From positions 1 to 48,321 of IMG/VR virus record IMGVR_UViG_3300002460_000006: a DNA stretch of 48,321 nt; one strand, given 5' to 3'. A program made the position numbers and the translations under genes. This stretch comes from a virus. The notes below the pieces were generated by a model that was given only the letters and a program-made list of their open reading frames with translations, did not search any database and was not told the origin of the DNA. The first letter of the stretch is position 1. Every line of letters starts with the position of its first letter. This document shows, piece by piece, positions 26,615-34,373 of this stretch.

Positions 26615-26904
26615 AATACAGAACAAGACCAGATATTGAGATTGAGGCGATTCAGTTTACAGGAGAAAATGTAGATGAGTGTATTCAATTCGGAAGTGAT
26701 AGTACGGAAATATGTTGGGAGTGCCACGTCGATGACGATAGATCACTTTCCAAAGAGGGCGGCAGACTCGTTATTGAAACCCTTGAGGGTGAATTAACCG
26801 TGTCACCTAACGACTACATCATCAAAGGAACTCTCGGCGAATTCTATCCATGCAAGCCAGAAGTCTTTGAAAAGAAATATGAAGCTGTGGCTAAGGGGGA
26901 ATAG
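26611..26904 (+). CDS. Hypothetical small protein.
   Basis: ATG 26611 follows AAAGGAG and overlaps the upstream stop (ATGA). Confidence 0.6.
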   Translation: MKYRTRPDIEIEAIQFTGENVDECIQFGSDSTEICWECHVDDDRSLSKEGGRLVIETLEGELTVSPNDYIIKGTLGEFYPCKPEVFEKKYEAVAKGE

Positions 26905-26905
26905 T

Positions 26906-27073
26906 ATGATTCAATTCACAGCCGCAGCATTATTTTTATCATGCTTAATTTTATCTATGGCGATAATAGGGGCAATCGAACAAAGACGAGCTGGATGGGT
27001 GTTGACATTTTTGATACTGGCTGTCTTGCAAGCCTATGGATTAATGGGAAATCTGCAACAATTATTTAAATAA
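26906..27073 (+). CDS. 55-aa two-TM membrane protein (holin-like size and topology).
   Basis: ATG 26906 follows AGGGGGA. MIQFTAAALFLSCLILSMAIIGAIEQRRAGWVLTFLILAVLQAYGL. Confidence 0.5.
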   Translation: MIQFTAAALFLSCLILSMAIIGAIEQRRAGWVLTFLILAVLQAYGLMGNLQQLFK

Positions 27074-27098
27074 CCGCCCGAGGGGGCAAGGAGAGAAA

Positions 27099-27416
27099 AT
27101 GAAGTATTTAGTGTTGAGTTTAGTATTTTTAACAGCTTGTGGAGTTCATTTTTCTGAAGGTACTCGAGTTGGAACGGTATCAAAATTATCTCTAAAAGGT
27201 TTTTTCTGTAAAACATGGGAAGGTGAATTACTTGTAGCAGCTCAAAATGTAATGCAGCCAGAGATATTCTATTTCTCAGTCACCGATGATCGCGTGGTTA
27301 AAAACCTACAGACAGCGATGCGGGAAGGTAAGAATGTGGAATTAACCTATGACCAATATGCCTTTAATCCACCTTGTAGCCCCGCTACTTCATACAGAAT
27401 ACGAGATGTAAAATAA
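27099..27416 (+). CDS. Putative lipoprotein.
   Basis: AAGGAGAG RBS. MKYLVLSLVFLTAC carries the lipobox LTAC. Confidence 0.65.
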   Translation: MKYLVLSLVFLTACGVHFSEGTRVGTVSKLSLKGFFCKTWEGELLVAAQNVMQPEIFYFSVTDDRVVKNLQTAMREGKNVELTYDQYAFNPPCSPATSYRIRDVK

Positions 27417-27420
27417 TTAA

Positions 27421-27632
27421 GCTGGGATGTGGTGAGCATCATTTGATTACTTTAAATGAATAGGTACACCTATTAGCCGCATCTCAGCCCTTTGAGTGAA
27501 ACTGCTTTGGAAGCGATAGACGTATTGTTAAGAGCAGCTGAGTCAGTGATGCGCATGGTTTGTATAAACGGGCGCTACCGGACGCACTGATAAAATCGAG
27601 AATCGGCAGATGGATTCCAGAGCAGTTTCACT
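27421..27632 (+). ncRNA. Candidate structured RNA element or processed leader. Identity unknown.
   Basis: No ORF longer than 13 codons. 9-bp helix 27421-29/27480-88. Palindromic hairpin at 27459-74. 18-bp helix 27495-27512/27615-27632 (17 Watson-Crick pairs plus 1 GU) encloses ~100 nt. Confidence 0.35.
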
Positions 27633-27647
27633 GAGAGAGGTGAGAGA

Positions 27648-27824
27648 ATGAAAGAAATTATACTTTACTCATTGGAATACGATGAGTTCATGGTTTTAGA
27701 GGCAGTTGGAGCTGGCGTTGGTGTCTCGGCCTCCGCCGAGATGCTGGAGATTCTTAAGGAAAATATGCGCAAAGGAATTGGTGCTATTTTTGTAGCAGAC
27801 TGGATTTTAATGGGTGAATTATGA
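27648..27824 (+). CDS. 58-aa hypothetical protein.
   Basis: GAGAGGTGAGAG RBS. The protein ends ..ILMGEL, with its stop overlapping the next ATG. Confidence 0.55.
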   Translation: MKEIILYSLEYDEFMVLEAVGAGVGVSASAEMLEILKENMRKGIGAIFVADWILMGEL

Positions 27825-28042
27825 GCCTGCAAAAGCTGATTGAGAAGATGAGAGTCGAGATTGCTGTAGATGGTAGGAATCTCCTGTTTGTGGATATTTT
27901 AAACCTCTGTGACGCTGCTGAAGTGATGATGCTCGACCTAGAAAACATCAAAGCGGGTGAAAACAGGCGTGATCAACATAAGCAGTGGGCGGCGCACGCA
28001 CTTGGCAGAGCTAACGCCATCTGTGAGAATGGGAAGGAGTGA
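27821..28042 (+). CDS. Hypothetical small protein.
   Basis: 73-aa ORF, coupled. Confidence 0.6.
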   Translation: MSLQKLIEKMRVEIAVDGRNLLFVDILNLCDAAEVMMLDLENIKAGENRRDQHKQWAAHALGRANAICENGKE

Positions 28043-28046
28043 GGGG

Positions 28047-28190
28047 ATGAAGTTGAAAGTAAATAGAGCGCCACATTCATTCTGGTTTTATATCTGGAAG
28101 GGAACTCCGGTTACGCGAGACTTAGGGGATTATGTGATATTTATCTGTGGCTGGGAGATTAAAATATTTCTTGATCGGGACTCAAAATGA
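28047..28190 (+). CDS. 47-aa hypothetical protein.
   Basis: ATG 28047 follows GGAGTGAGGGG. The longer start in the track overlaps the previous gene. Confidence 0.45.
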   Translation: MKLKVNRAPHSFWFYIWKGTPVTRDLGDYVIFICGWEIKIFLDRDSK

Positions 28191-28543
28191 ACGAAGTAAA
28201 ATGCACATGCGAAAAACCCACGCCGAATCTTGTCGGTCGCTGCAATAATTGCTACGAGAAATCAGCGGGTGAAATACACATGAGGGCTTTGAGTGAGAAC
28301 AGGGTCCAAATGAGTGAAGGTAAGAAGCCGAGTTGGATTATTTACTATGATAAATTCAATTATGAGACATGGAGTGGGCCATCTCTTAAGAACTCAAATT
28401 CTTCTGTCGAGGTCATAGAGCGCAGTTCTTACAATAAAGCTATCAAGGCTTTGAAACTAGCCAAGTCAATCATGCTCAGGAACTCTATGTTTCCAGGTGA
28501 TATTGAGAAGTTTAACGAACTGGTTAAGGAGATGGGCGAATGA
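28187..28543 (+). CDS. Hypothetical protein with an N-terminal CxC...CxxC motif.
   Basis: MNEVKCTCEKPTPNLVGRCNNCYEK. Confidence 0.6.
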   Translation: MNEVKCTCEKPTPNLVGRCNNCYEKSAGEIHMRALSENRVQMSEGKKPSWIIYYDKFNYETWSGPSLKNSNSSVEVIERSSYNKAIKALKLAKSIMLRNSMFPGDIEKFNELVKEMGE

Positions 28544-29028
28544 GTGATGTGATGTGTCCATACTGTATGAAGTATCACGAAATGGGTAAATTCTGCGATA
28601 TGCAAGCTCTTTGGAATGAACAGACTAAGCTACTCGCTAAGTATTTAAAAACTGCGCCGCTTCAGTCTAAGATCGACTCCCCACTCGCCGAAAACGCAGA
28701 GATTAAGAAAGAGCAGGATGAGCTTAGAAAAGAACTAAGCTCTCGCCCGACTGAATGGGCTTACGAGCAAGTCTGCAAGGCTAATGAAGATAAGCGTGTT
28801 AAGCTGACCTCAAAGGATGAGGAGATCGCAGAACTAAAACTAGCACTCGCCGATCGGTCTGAGAAGTATAAGCTATTCATGGATAAGGGACTGGATCAAC
28901 TACATGCCGAGAATAAAAGATTGCGTGAAGCTTTGGAAGGTCTTATGGACGATTTTGATAATAGAGATCGTATAGCATATATAAACGCAGAGAAGGCACT
29001 TCAGAAACCAAAGGTGGGTGGGGAATGA
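28540..29028 (+). CDS. Zn-ribbon plus coiled-coil protein.
   Basis: CPYCMKYHEMGKFC, followed by a long heptad-like charged region. Confidence 0.6.
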   Translation: MSDVMCPYCMKYHEMGKFCDMQALWNEQTKLLAKYLKTAPLQSKIDSPLAENAEIKKEQDELRKELSSRPTEWAYEQVCKANEDKRVKLTSKDEEIAELKLALADRSEKYKLFMDKGLDQLHAENKRLREALEGLMDDFDNRDRIAYINAEKALQKPKVGGE

Positions 29029-29231
29029 GTTTAAAACCTGAAAACATCGGAAAAAACCTTAAAGAAGTAATGAAAATATTAGGTATGAATCAAACTCGTT
29101 TAGCTGAAAAAACAGGCTTAACTCAAGCCGCAATTTCTCAGATCATTAACTCTGAAAGAGAGCCTTCTCTAAAAAGCCTCTGCGTGATTCTCGAAGTAAT
29201 ACCAATTTCATTTGAAAGGCTTCTTAAATGA
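29025..29231 (+). CDS. XRE-family helix-turn-helix protein.
   Basis: LKEVMKILGMNQTRLAEKTGLTQAAISQIINSEREPSLKSL. Confidence 0.75.
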   Translation: MSLKPENIGKNLKEVMKILGMNQTRLAEKTGLTQAAISQIINSEREPSLKSLCVILEVIPISFERLLK

Positions 29232-29494
29232 ACCTCTTCACAGAAGAACAGCAAGAAGTGATGGAGTGGACGAAAACTCTAGGACGAATAGATGGAAAAT
29301 TACCTCTGCGAATAGACGAACTCCTTCAAATCATACATCTACAGCAGCAGGTGATTGAGAAGGCGCGACTATTCGCGATTCAAAATGGATATGATTTTAA
29401 AGACGAGCGCTTTGCACTGCAATTACAAGAACTCAAAAACATCATGAGAGGCACCGATAATGGGCAAGATCAAACGTATACTAAAATTATTTAA
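29228..29494 (+). CDS. Hypothetical small protein.
   Basis: 88-aa ORF, coupled (ATGA). Confidence 0.55.
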   Translation: MNLFTEEQQEVMEWTKTLGRIDGKLPLRIDELLQIIHLQQQVIEKARLFAIQNGYDFKDERFALQLQELKNIMRGTDNGQDQTYTKII

Positions 29495-29606
29495 ATGCTT
29501 ATTCGGATTTCATGAATGGGAAGGAGCGCCATCTCATTATTACAAAGATTGGGACTCATATTTTTGTGCAAATTGTGGGCAAGAGGAATCAAATGAACAA
29601 ATCTGA
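29460..29606 (+). CDS. 48-aa Cys/His small protein (CxxGxHxW...CxxCG pattern).
   Basis: Hand-translated as MGKIKRILKLFKCLFGFHEWEGAPSHYYKDWDSYFCANCGQEESNEQI. Confidence 0.45.
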   Translation: MGKIKRILKLFKCLFGFHEWEGAPSHYYKDWDSYFCANCGQEESNEQI

Positions 29607-29958
29607 GAAGTTAGCGGAAGAGTGGGTAAACAGTATTTTTACTCGAAACGCGACAGAGCGTGATATCGCTGGAAGCTCTTTCCTCGCTGGCTGGAATGCG
29701 CTTAAGAAAGAATTGCTGGAGAATAGTCAGGAGTTTGATGAGGCTGCCGTTAGTGGGGAGGCTATTGAACAAATGAAACGCGGAGTTGCGACTGACTCTG
29801 CTTATATTCGTGGTGCTCGCTGGCAACACGCTCAAGATCAATTGAAATACCAAGTTCTATTTTCTGCCTACAGTAAACTCGATGATATAAACATTGAGAT
29901 GAATCATCGCGTGAAAGAACTTGAAGCTGAACTCGCTAAGCTTAAGGAGGGGAAGTGA
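29593..29958 (+). CDS. Hypothetical protein.
   Basis: ATG 29593 (MNKSEKLAEEW..) follows AAGAGGAA. The track's start at 29512 overlaps the Cys/His ORF. Confidence 0.55.
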   Translation: MNKSEKLAEEWVNSIFTRNATERDIAGSSFLAGWNALKKELLENSQEFDEAAVSGEAIEQMKRGVATDSAYIRGARWQHAQDQLKYQVLFSAYSKLDDINIEMNHRVKELEAELAKLKEGK

Positions 29959-30086
29959 TGGAATCAGAATGTCTTTGTTGTGGCGTTAAATATACTTCGC
30001 TGATAATGGCTAGGTTCATACGCAAGTACGGTATGTGTAAAACATGCGCTTATGAGGAAGTGGGCGAGGGTAATTTTGATGAATAA
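29958..30086 (+). CDS. 42-aa zinc-ribbon peptide.
   Basis: MESECLCCGVKY...GMCKTCAYEE. AAGGAGGGGAAG RBS. Confidence 0.5.
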   Translation: MESECLCCGVKYTSLIMARFIRKYGMCKTCAYEEVGEGNFDE

Positions 30087-30198
30087 AGAATTTGTTTGGA
30101 TGAGCGCAGTAACGGCTGAGTTTTACGTGCTTGCAGACGATGATATTCCCGCGAAGGTGTTAGGCAAGGGTGTTTTTTATTTCTTGGGTGAATTATGA
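30079..30198 (+). CDS. 39-aa hypothetical protein ending ..FLGEL.
   Basis: Hand-translated. Overlaps both neighbours. Confidence 0.4.
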   Translation: MNKEFVWMSAVTAEFYVLADDDIPAKVLGKGVFYFLGEL

Positions 30199-30377
30199 AT
30201 TACGAAATCACTAAAAAAGAAGTCTGGTATTGGCCAGAAACAGACCAGCTACTTCATGCTTACGGTATGGGAAAACAGGGATGGTTAATGTTCTTCACTG
30301 AAGATCGGTATTACTTCTATACAACTACAAAGGTCAACGCAAAACGTAACGGCGTAGTTTTCTTGGGGGAGTTATGA
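30195..30377 (+). CDS. Hypothetical small protein ending ..FLGEL.
   Basis: 60-aa ORF. Confidence 0.55.
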   Translation: MNYEITKKEVWYWPETDQLLHAYGMGKQGWLMFFTEDRYYFYTTTKVNAKRNGVVFLGEL

Positions 30378-30676
30378 ATTGCATCCAAATTGAAACCATA
30401 ACATCGTACTGGACTGGAGAAACAAAGTATCGGGCGACGTGGAGCAACGGGGAAAAGTACTGGTTTAAACGTGGGTATAAAACCAGCGAAAAGTATTTCG
30501 ACAAAGTTTCAAAGCTACTTCAATGGGCTAAAGAGAATCAATGGATCTTGGATTGCCATCCCGGTGGCGGCGCGGGCGTCGGGGTAATGGTTTACATAGG
30601 AGATGTTCCGATACGAGTTTATGCTATTCATTGTTATACGCGAGAACCGCTTAGTGAAACCCCAGAAGATTATTAA
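30374..30676 (+). CDS. Hypothetical protein.
   Basis: 100-aa ORF, coupled. Confidence 0.6.
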   Translation: MNCIQIETITSYWTGETKYRATWSNGEKYWFKRGYKTSEKYFDKVSKLLQWAKENQWILDCHPGGGAGVGVMVYIGDVPIRVYAIHCYTREPLSETPEDY

Positions 30677-30686
30677 GGAGAAAGAA

Positions 30687-30830
30687 ATGAAAGAGTTTAG
30701 AAGTTTTGATTTTGATTATCACCCCAAAAGCCTTGGCTTCGCAGTGTTTCTTTCTTTTGAGGATAATTTTGCAGGCGTTGCTATCGGGCCATGGAGCGCA
30801 TGCTTTAATTGGAGAAAGAATGAAACCTAA
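30687..30830 (+). CDS. 47-aa hypothetical protein.
   Basis: ATG 30687 follows AAGGAGAAAG. Confidence 0.45.
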   Translation: MKEFRSFDFDYHPKSLGFAVFLSFEDNFAGVAIGPWSACFNWRKNET

Positions 30831-31041
30831 AATCCTAGCCCTACTACTCCTAGCCTCATGCGCACATAAGCCGACATGGGAGCAAGCGACCGGATATTGT
30901 TATCGTGAGCACGGTGCGAACGTTGACGAACTCACGAATGCAAGTGAGAGTTTTAGTTTTATGCACACGTATGAAATGGGTGCCTACGCCGGATGCTTGT
31001 TTGGGATTATGGATTTTCAAAACGAAGAGGTGGGAAAATGA
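30820..31041 (+). CDS. Putative lipoprotein (73 aa).
   Basis: ATG 30820 follows GGAGA. MKPKILALLLLASC carries the lipobox LASC. Confidence 0.55.
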   Translation: MKPKILALLLLASCAHKPTWEQATGYCYREHGANVDELTNASESFSFMHTYEMGAYAGCLFGIMDFQNEEVGK

Positions 31042-31610
31042 TATTCGACGAATTAGATTTACCTAAAGACACAGGTTCCACAGATAAGCAAGATTCCGCG
31101 CGACTTGCCGGGATCATGACGGTGTTTGGGTGGCCTGAGAAAGTGGACCTTAACCTATACATTTGCTTAAATCGGAAGCTGGAGGGTCATTACGTTCGTC
31201 ACCCATTAGAGCAAAAATACGACATGTCCAGAGATCAAGCGGTGTGTCTCGTAGCGGGTCTCTATCGTCAAGGGTACCGTTATTTAGTAAGCCTCAAATA
31301 CCTCGACGGCAAGGACATCCTCTCTCCATCTGTACAAGGTCACTTTAGACGTTGTCGAGGTGGTAAGGCGTACTGGTATCAAGACCTTTGGCTCCGGTTT
31401 GATATCTATTGGAGCGCATACGTTGCACCCAAAGACGAAATCAACCAGCTGTTGTGCATGTTGGTGATAGCGGGACCGAAATGGGTCAAGTTGTTCAAGA
31501 AGCACCACTCCTCATGGAGAGAGAATTTAAACGAGTATTGGTGTGGATGGCGCGGCGAACCGGGTCTCGCCGCTACAATGATTAGATTCTTGGAAGGCTA
31601 CGGAACCTAA
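31038..31610 (+). CDS. Hypothetical protein (190 aa).
   Basis: ATG 31038 follows GAGGTGGGAAA and overlaps the upstream stop. Confidence 0.6.
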   Translation: MIFDELDLPKDTGSTDKQDSARLAGIMTVFGWPEKVDLNLYICLNRKLEGHYVRHPLEQKYDMSRDQAVCLVAGLYRQGYRYLVSLKYLDGKDILSPSVQGHFRRCRGGKAYWYQDLWLRFDIYWSAYVAPKDEINQLLCMLVIAGPKWVKLFKKHHSSWRENLNEYWCGWRGEPGLAATMIRFLEGYGT

Positions 31611-32263
31611 GGTCTAACCTTAGCAACCTCTGAGATCGATAATTGACCTGCTGTCAACGTGTAATATACGCGGACGTAATTCATAGGGTAATCTGACCAC
31701 AAATAAAAATTGGCCGTTGCCGTGATGGTCCCTGATTTAGTCACGTCCCCTGAGGCTTTAATCGGTAAGTCTGCGTAATTGGTACCGTCCATGGAACCTT
31801 GGAGTTTAAGTGTTGCACCAGCCAAACTGGTAGGTGTGATGGTGTGAGTCCCTGTTCCAGTATCGGTGATATCAATCGCAGTCGGAACCAAAGCGTCAGC
31901 CAGAGATGCGGCTAGACTAAATGTGTTAGCTGACAAATAGATCACATAGTAATCAGTCGTCGGAGACAGTCCTGCTGGCAGAGTGGTGGTGGTACTGGCT
32001 TGGATCTTCAAACCTGTCTTATAGCCGTGAGCTGTCTTTGTACAAATGTCCGTCGTTGCACAAGTGAATGTCCCTGCTGCCGGTGCGACGTTAGTGACTG
32101 CAACGTGAACTCCATACTTATCAATTCGTCCAACCGTAGTGGCCGCCAAAGCCTGACTGTAGGCAAACTCACCCGTGCTGGCCGTCTGTACAGGTGGGAC
32201 TTGTGCGAAGCTAGTTGCAACGCATAGGGTTAGAAGTATTAGAGTACTTAAAAATAATTTCAT
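31607..32263 (-). CDS. Secreted protein carrying a copy of the nozzle-protein insert domain. It is a lone leftward gene.
   Basis: ATG 32263 follows AGGAGA. Signal peptide MKLFLSTLILLTLCVATSFA|Q. Residues ..GTFTCATTDICTK..TTTLPAGL..YYVIYL..GTGTHTITPT match the nozzle protein. Confidence 0.7.
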   Translation of the reverse strand: MKLFLSTLILLTLCVATSFAQVPPVQTASTGEFAYSQALAATTVGRIDKYGVHVAVTNVAPAAGTFTCATTDICTKTAHGYKTGLKIQASTTTTLPAGLSPTTDYYVIYLSANTFSLAASLADALVPTAIDITDTGTGTHTITPTSLAGATLKLQGSMDGTNYADLPIKASGDVTKSGTITATANFYLWSDYPMNYVRVYYTLTAGQLSISEVAKVRP

Positions 32264-32386
32264 ATTAAATCTCCTGTTAAGTGACAATTTAGAACAAACA
32301 AACCTCTAGGTATAGCTGTTTTTCTAACCGAGTCCGTTTGACTTTTAACATACCGATAAACAAACTAAAGTCCTAAGAGGTGAGTA

Positions 32387-33133
32387 ATGTTAAAAATACC
32401 GTTCGCAGTTCAACACCCTAGAAGAATGCGCACCAAGGGTCCGTACAGTGGCAGAAATGGACCACGCGGCCTACTGGTTCACGCTACCGCTGGTAGGTTC
32501 AACAAGGGTGACCAAAGCGCATTTAAGACGATCGACGGTGGAATTGACGGCGGCCTCGCTTATCTCTGTATCTCTCAGCCCGGAACCCTGGTTCAAGCCC
32601 ATGACGTTAACGAGTGGGGTTGGCACTCAGGAAAGTCCGCATGGGACGTTCCTCTTAAAAGGCTTAATTGGAAAATTGTAGGCCGAGTCGATGACGACTT
32701 GATCGGTTGCGAAAACAACTGCGCAGGGCTCTTAACGAAGGTTGGTCGAAAGTATTACCCCTATTGGGCATTTAAAGACAAAAATCCAAGTACCAAAATC
32801 ATCATAGATCCCGACGAAGATATCCCTGAAGATTTTGTGAGATTCGTTACCAAAGATCTTCACGCCTGTCCAACTGGCTATTATCACAAGTTCACACCTC
32901 AGCAAGAGGACACGCTTACCAGAGCCATCATGTGGCTGTATGTGAATTGTCCTGACTTCAAACTCGAGTACGTACTAGGTCATCACGAAGCTGCCGGAGT
33001 GCCGGGGATCGGTTACTGGAGAAAGAATGATCCGGGCGGAGCCTTTAGTTGGGCGATGCCAGCATTCAGAGAATACCTAATCAAAAACAAACACGCCCTT
33101 ATTGAAAAATACGGCATCACCAAGGTAACATAA
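32387..33133 (+). CDS. N-acetylmuramoyl-L-alanine amidase (Amidase_2 / T7-lysozyme-type) endolysin candidate.
   Basis: GLLVHATAG.., ..WGWHSG.., and LGHHEAAGVPGIGYWRKNDPGG, matching the zinc-ligand pattern H...H..(K)xDPG. Confidence 0.7.
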   Translation: MLKIPFAVQHPRRMRTKGPYSGRNGPRGLLVHATAGRFNKGDQSAFKTIDGGIDGGLAYLCISQPGTLVQAHDVNEWGWHSGKSAWDVPLKRLNWKIVGRVDDDLIGCENNCAGLLTKVGRKYYPYWAFKDKNPSTKIIIDPDEDIPEDFVRFVTKDLHACPTGYYHKFTPQQEDTLTRAIMWLYVNCPDFKLEYVLGHHEAAGVPGIGYWRKNDPGGAFSWAMPAFREYLIKNKHALIEKYGITKVT

Positions 33134-33426
33134 TGTCACTTATCAGATTAAACAATAAGGGTGTACACGCACTTCAGAACAAGGGTCTTAATAAAAGTGA
33201 GATTCATTTGATTTCTATTTTCTTGAACTCTAGTGATCAGGTCGCGACGGCTAACGCTTTATTTATCAGCCATGGTGCGGTCAAATGTCGAATGAGTTGT
33301 ATCTACAATAAACTAGACTTTAAGGGAGTGACTCTACTTTGGCAATGGTTCATTCGAGAGAGATTGATTGAACTGGTCGAAAGCGAAGAGTGTATTAACC
33401 TTCCAAGTTCTCGCGGGTGTCCATAA
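33133..33426 (+). CDS. LuxR/GerE-type HTH protein.
   Basis: LNKSEIHLISIFLNSSDQVATANALFISHGAVKCRMSCIYNKL fits the GerE pattern. The start overlaps the amidase stop (TAATG). Confidence 0.6.
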   Translation: MSLIRLNNKGVHALQNKGLNKSEIHLISIFLNSSDQVATANALFISHGAVKCRMSCIYNKLDFKGVTLLWQWFIRERLIELVESEECINLPSSRGCP

Positions 33427-34021
33427 TTTTCTCAAAATACGGAACGATATTGTGACTACAAAAGTCCAAATACATCTGAGGTAGAATCTCTTTATCCTCT
33501 GGAATGAAGTCTAAGAACTCCGGGCAGAATTTTCGAAAGCACATATATGGTAACTCTGAACAGTAGATTGTTTCGTTCTCGTGAGAGAATGTGTAATCAT
33601 AGTTTCTCTTTGGTTCCAGGAGAGTTAGCGCAAACTTCCAGGCGCTAGTGATAATGCTTTGAGCGAGCGACGTGCGGATGATCGCGACGTGATCTTTTTT
33701 GTAAAGCCACTCTTCTAGAGGCATAGTGCGAACACCACCCTCGTTTACACCATTCACCCAATTATCCCCCACGGCTTCGATGACGGTCAACTGACCGCGA
33801 TACCAAACGACAAGGACTGCGTGTTTGTAAAAGCCTTTAATGAATAAGCTGGTGAACCTTTGGTGTTCATAGCTTAAAAGGATATCCCCGGCCCTTGCGA
33901 CCATAAGGATTTTATCGACGACTTGCTTGGTGATAAGGGTTTCACTTCGACCCACACCTTGCATGAGTTTTTGAACCGGCGTAAAGAATTGTAAAAACCA
34001 AATCTTGAGCTTATTCGACAT
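33395..34021 (-). CDS. Permuted papain-like (YiiX/C92-type) hydrolase candidate.
   Basis: AGDILLSYEH.., HAVLVVWY.., VIEAVGD..GVRTMPLEEWL, and YDYTFSHENETIYCSELPYMCF (conserved Cys). Confidence 0.5.
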   Translation of the reverse strand: MSNKLKIWFLQFFTPVQKLMQGVGRSETLITKQVVDKILMVARAGDILLSYEHQRFTSLFIKGFYKHAVLVVWYRGQLTVIEAVGDNWVNGVNEGGVRTMPLEEWLYKKDHVAIIRTSLAQSIITSAWKFALTLLEPKRNYDYTFSHENETIYCSELPYMCFRKFCPEFLDFIPEDKEILPQMYLDFCSHNIVPYFEKIMDTRENLEG

Positions 34022-34373
34022 CGTCGCCCCACTTTATGTTGGTTCTCAACCACTCTAGAACATCTCTCAGGTACTTACGGATAAGATTGTACTCGGTCGT
34101 GTTCACCCCAAATATCCCATGACAAAACTTTAACGGATGCTCGCCAATGATTGACCATTTCTCCGTATCTTTATTGTAGAGAAGCTCCCGACAAAAGGAC
34201 TTAACTTCACAGTTGAACCCTTGTTCGTCACAAAAGGACTGCTCCACTATCGGCTGTTTTACGGTCACAACAGGAGTTTTCGGAAAGTCTTTAGGCGGAG
34301 TAGATTTGCAGCTAGTCAGCGCCGTTAAGGAAATCAATAGTAGCATCGCGCTGAGCTTTTTCAGTAACGCCAT
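34011..34373 (-). CDS. Lipoprotein with a Pro-rich mature N-terminus (o-spanin-like).
   Basis: MALLKKLSAMLLLISLTALTSC|KSTPPKDFPKTPVV. The start lies 62 nt inside the upstream ORF, in another frame. Confidence 0.6.
   Translation of the reverse strand: MALLKKLSAMLLLISLTALTSCKSTPPKDFPKTPVVTVKQPIVEQSFCDEQGFNCEVKSFCRELLYNKDTEKWSIIGEHPLKFCHGIFGVNTTEYNLIRKYLRDVLEWLRTNIKWGDDVE

Noticed and set aside
27417-27647. tRNA, tmRNA or retron-type RNA in the structured gap.
   Set aside because: No cloverleaf is present: no T-loop GGTTCGAnnC-type sequence or acceptor/anticodon geometry. No reverse transcriptase gene accompanies it. It is kept only as an unclassified structured RNA candidate.
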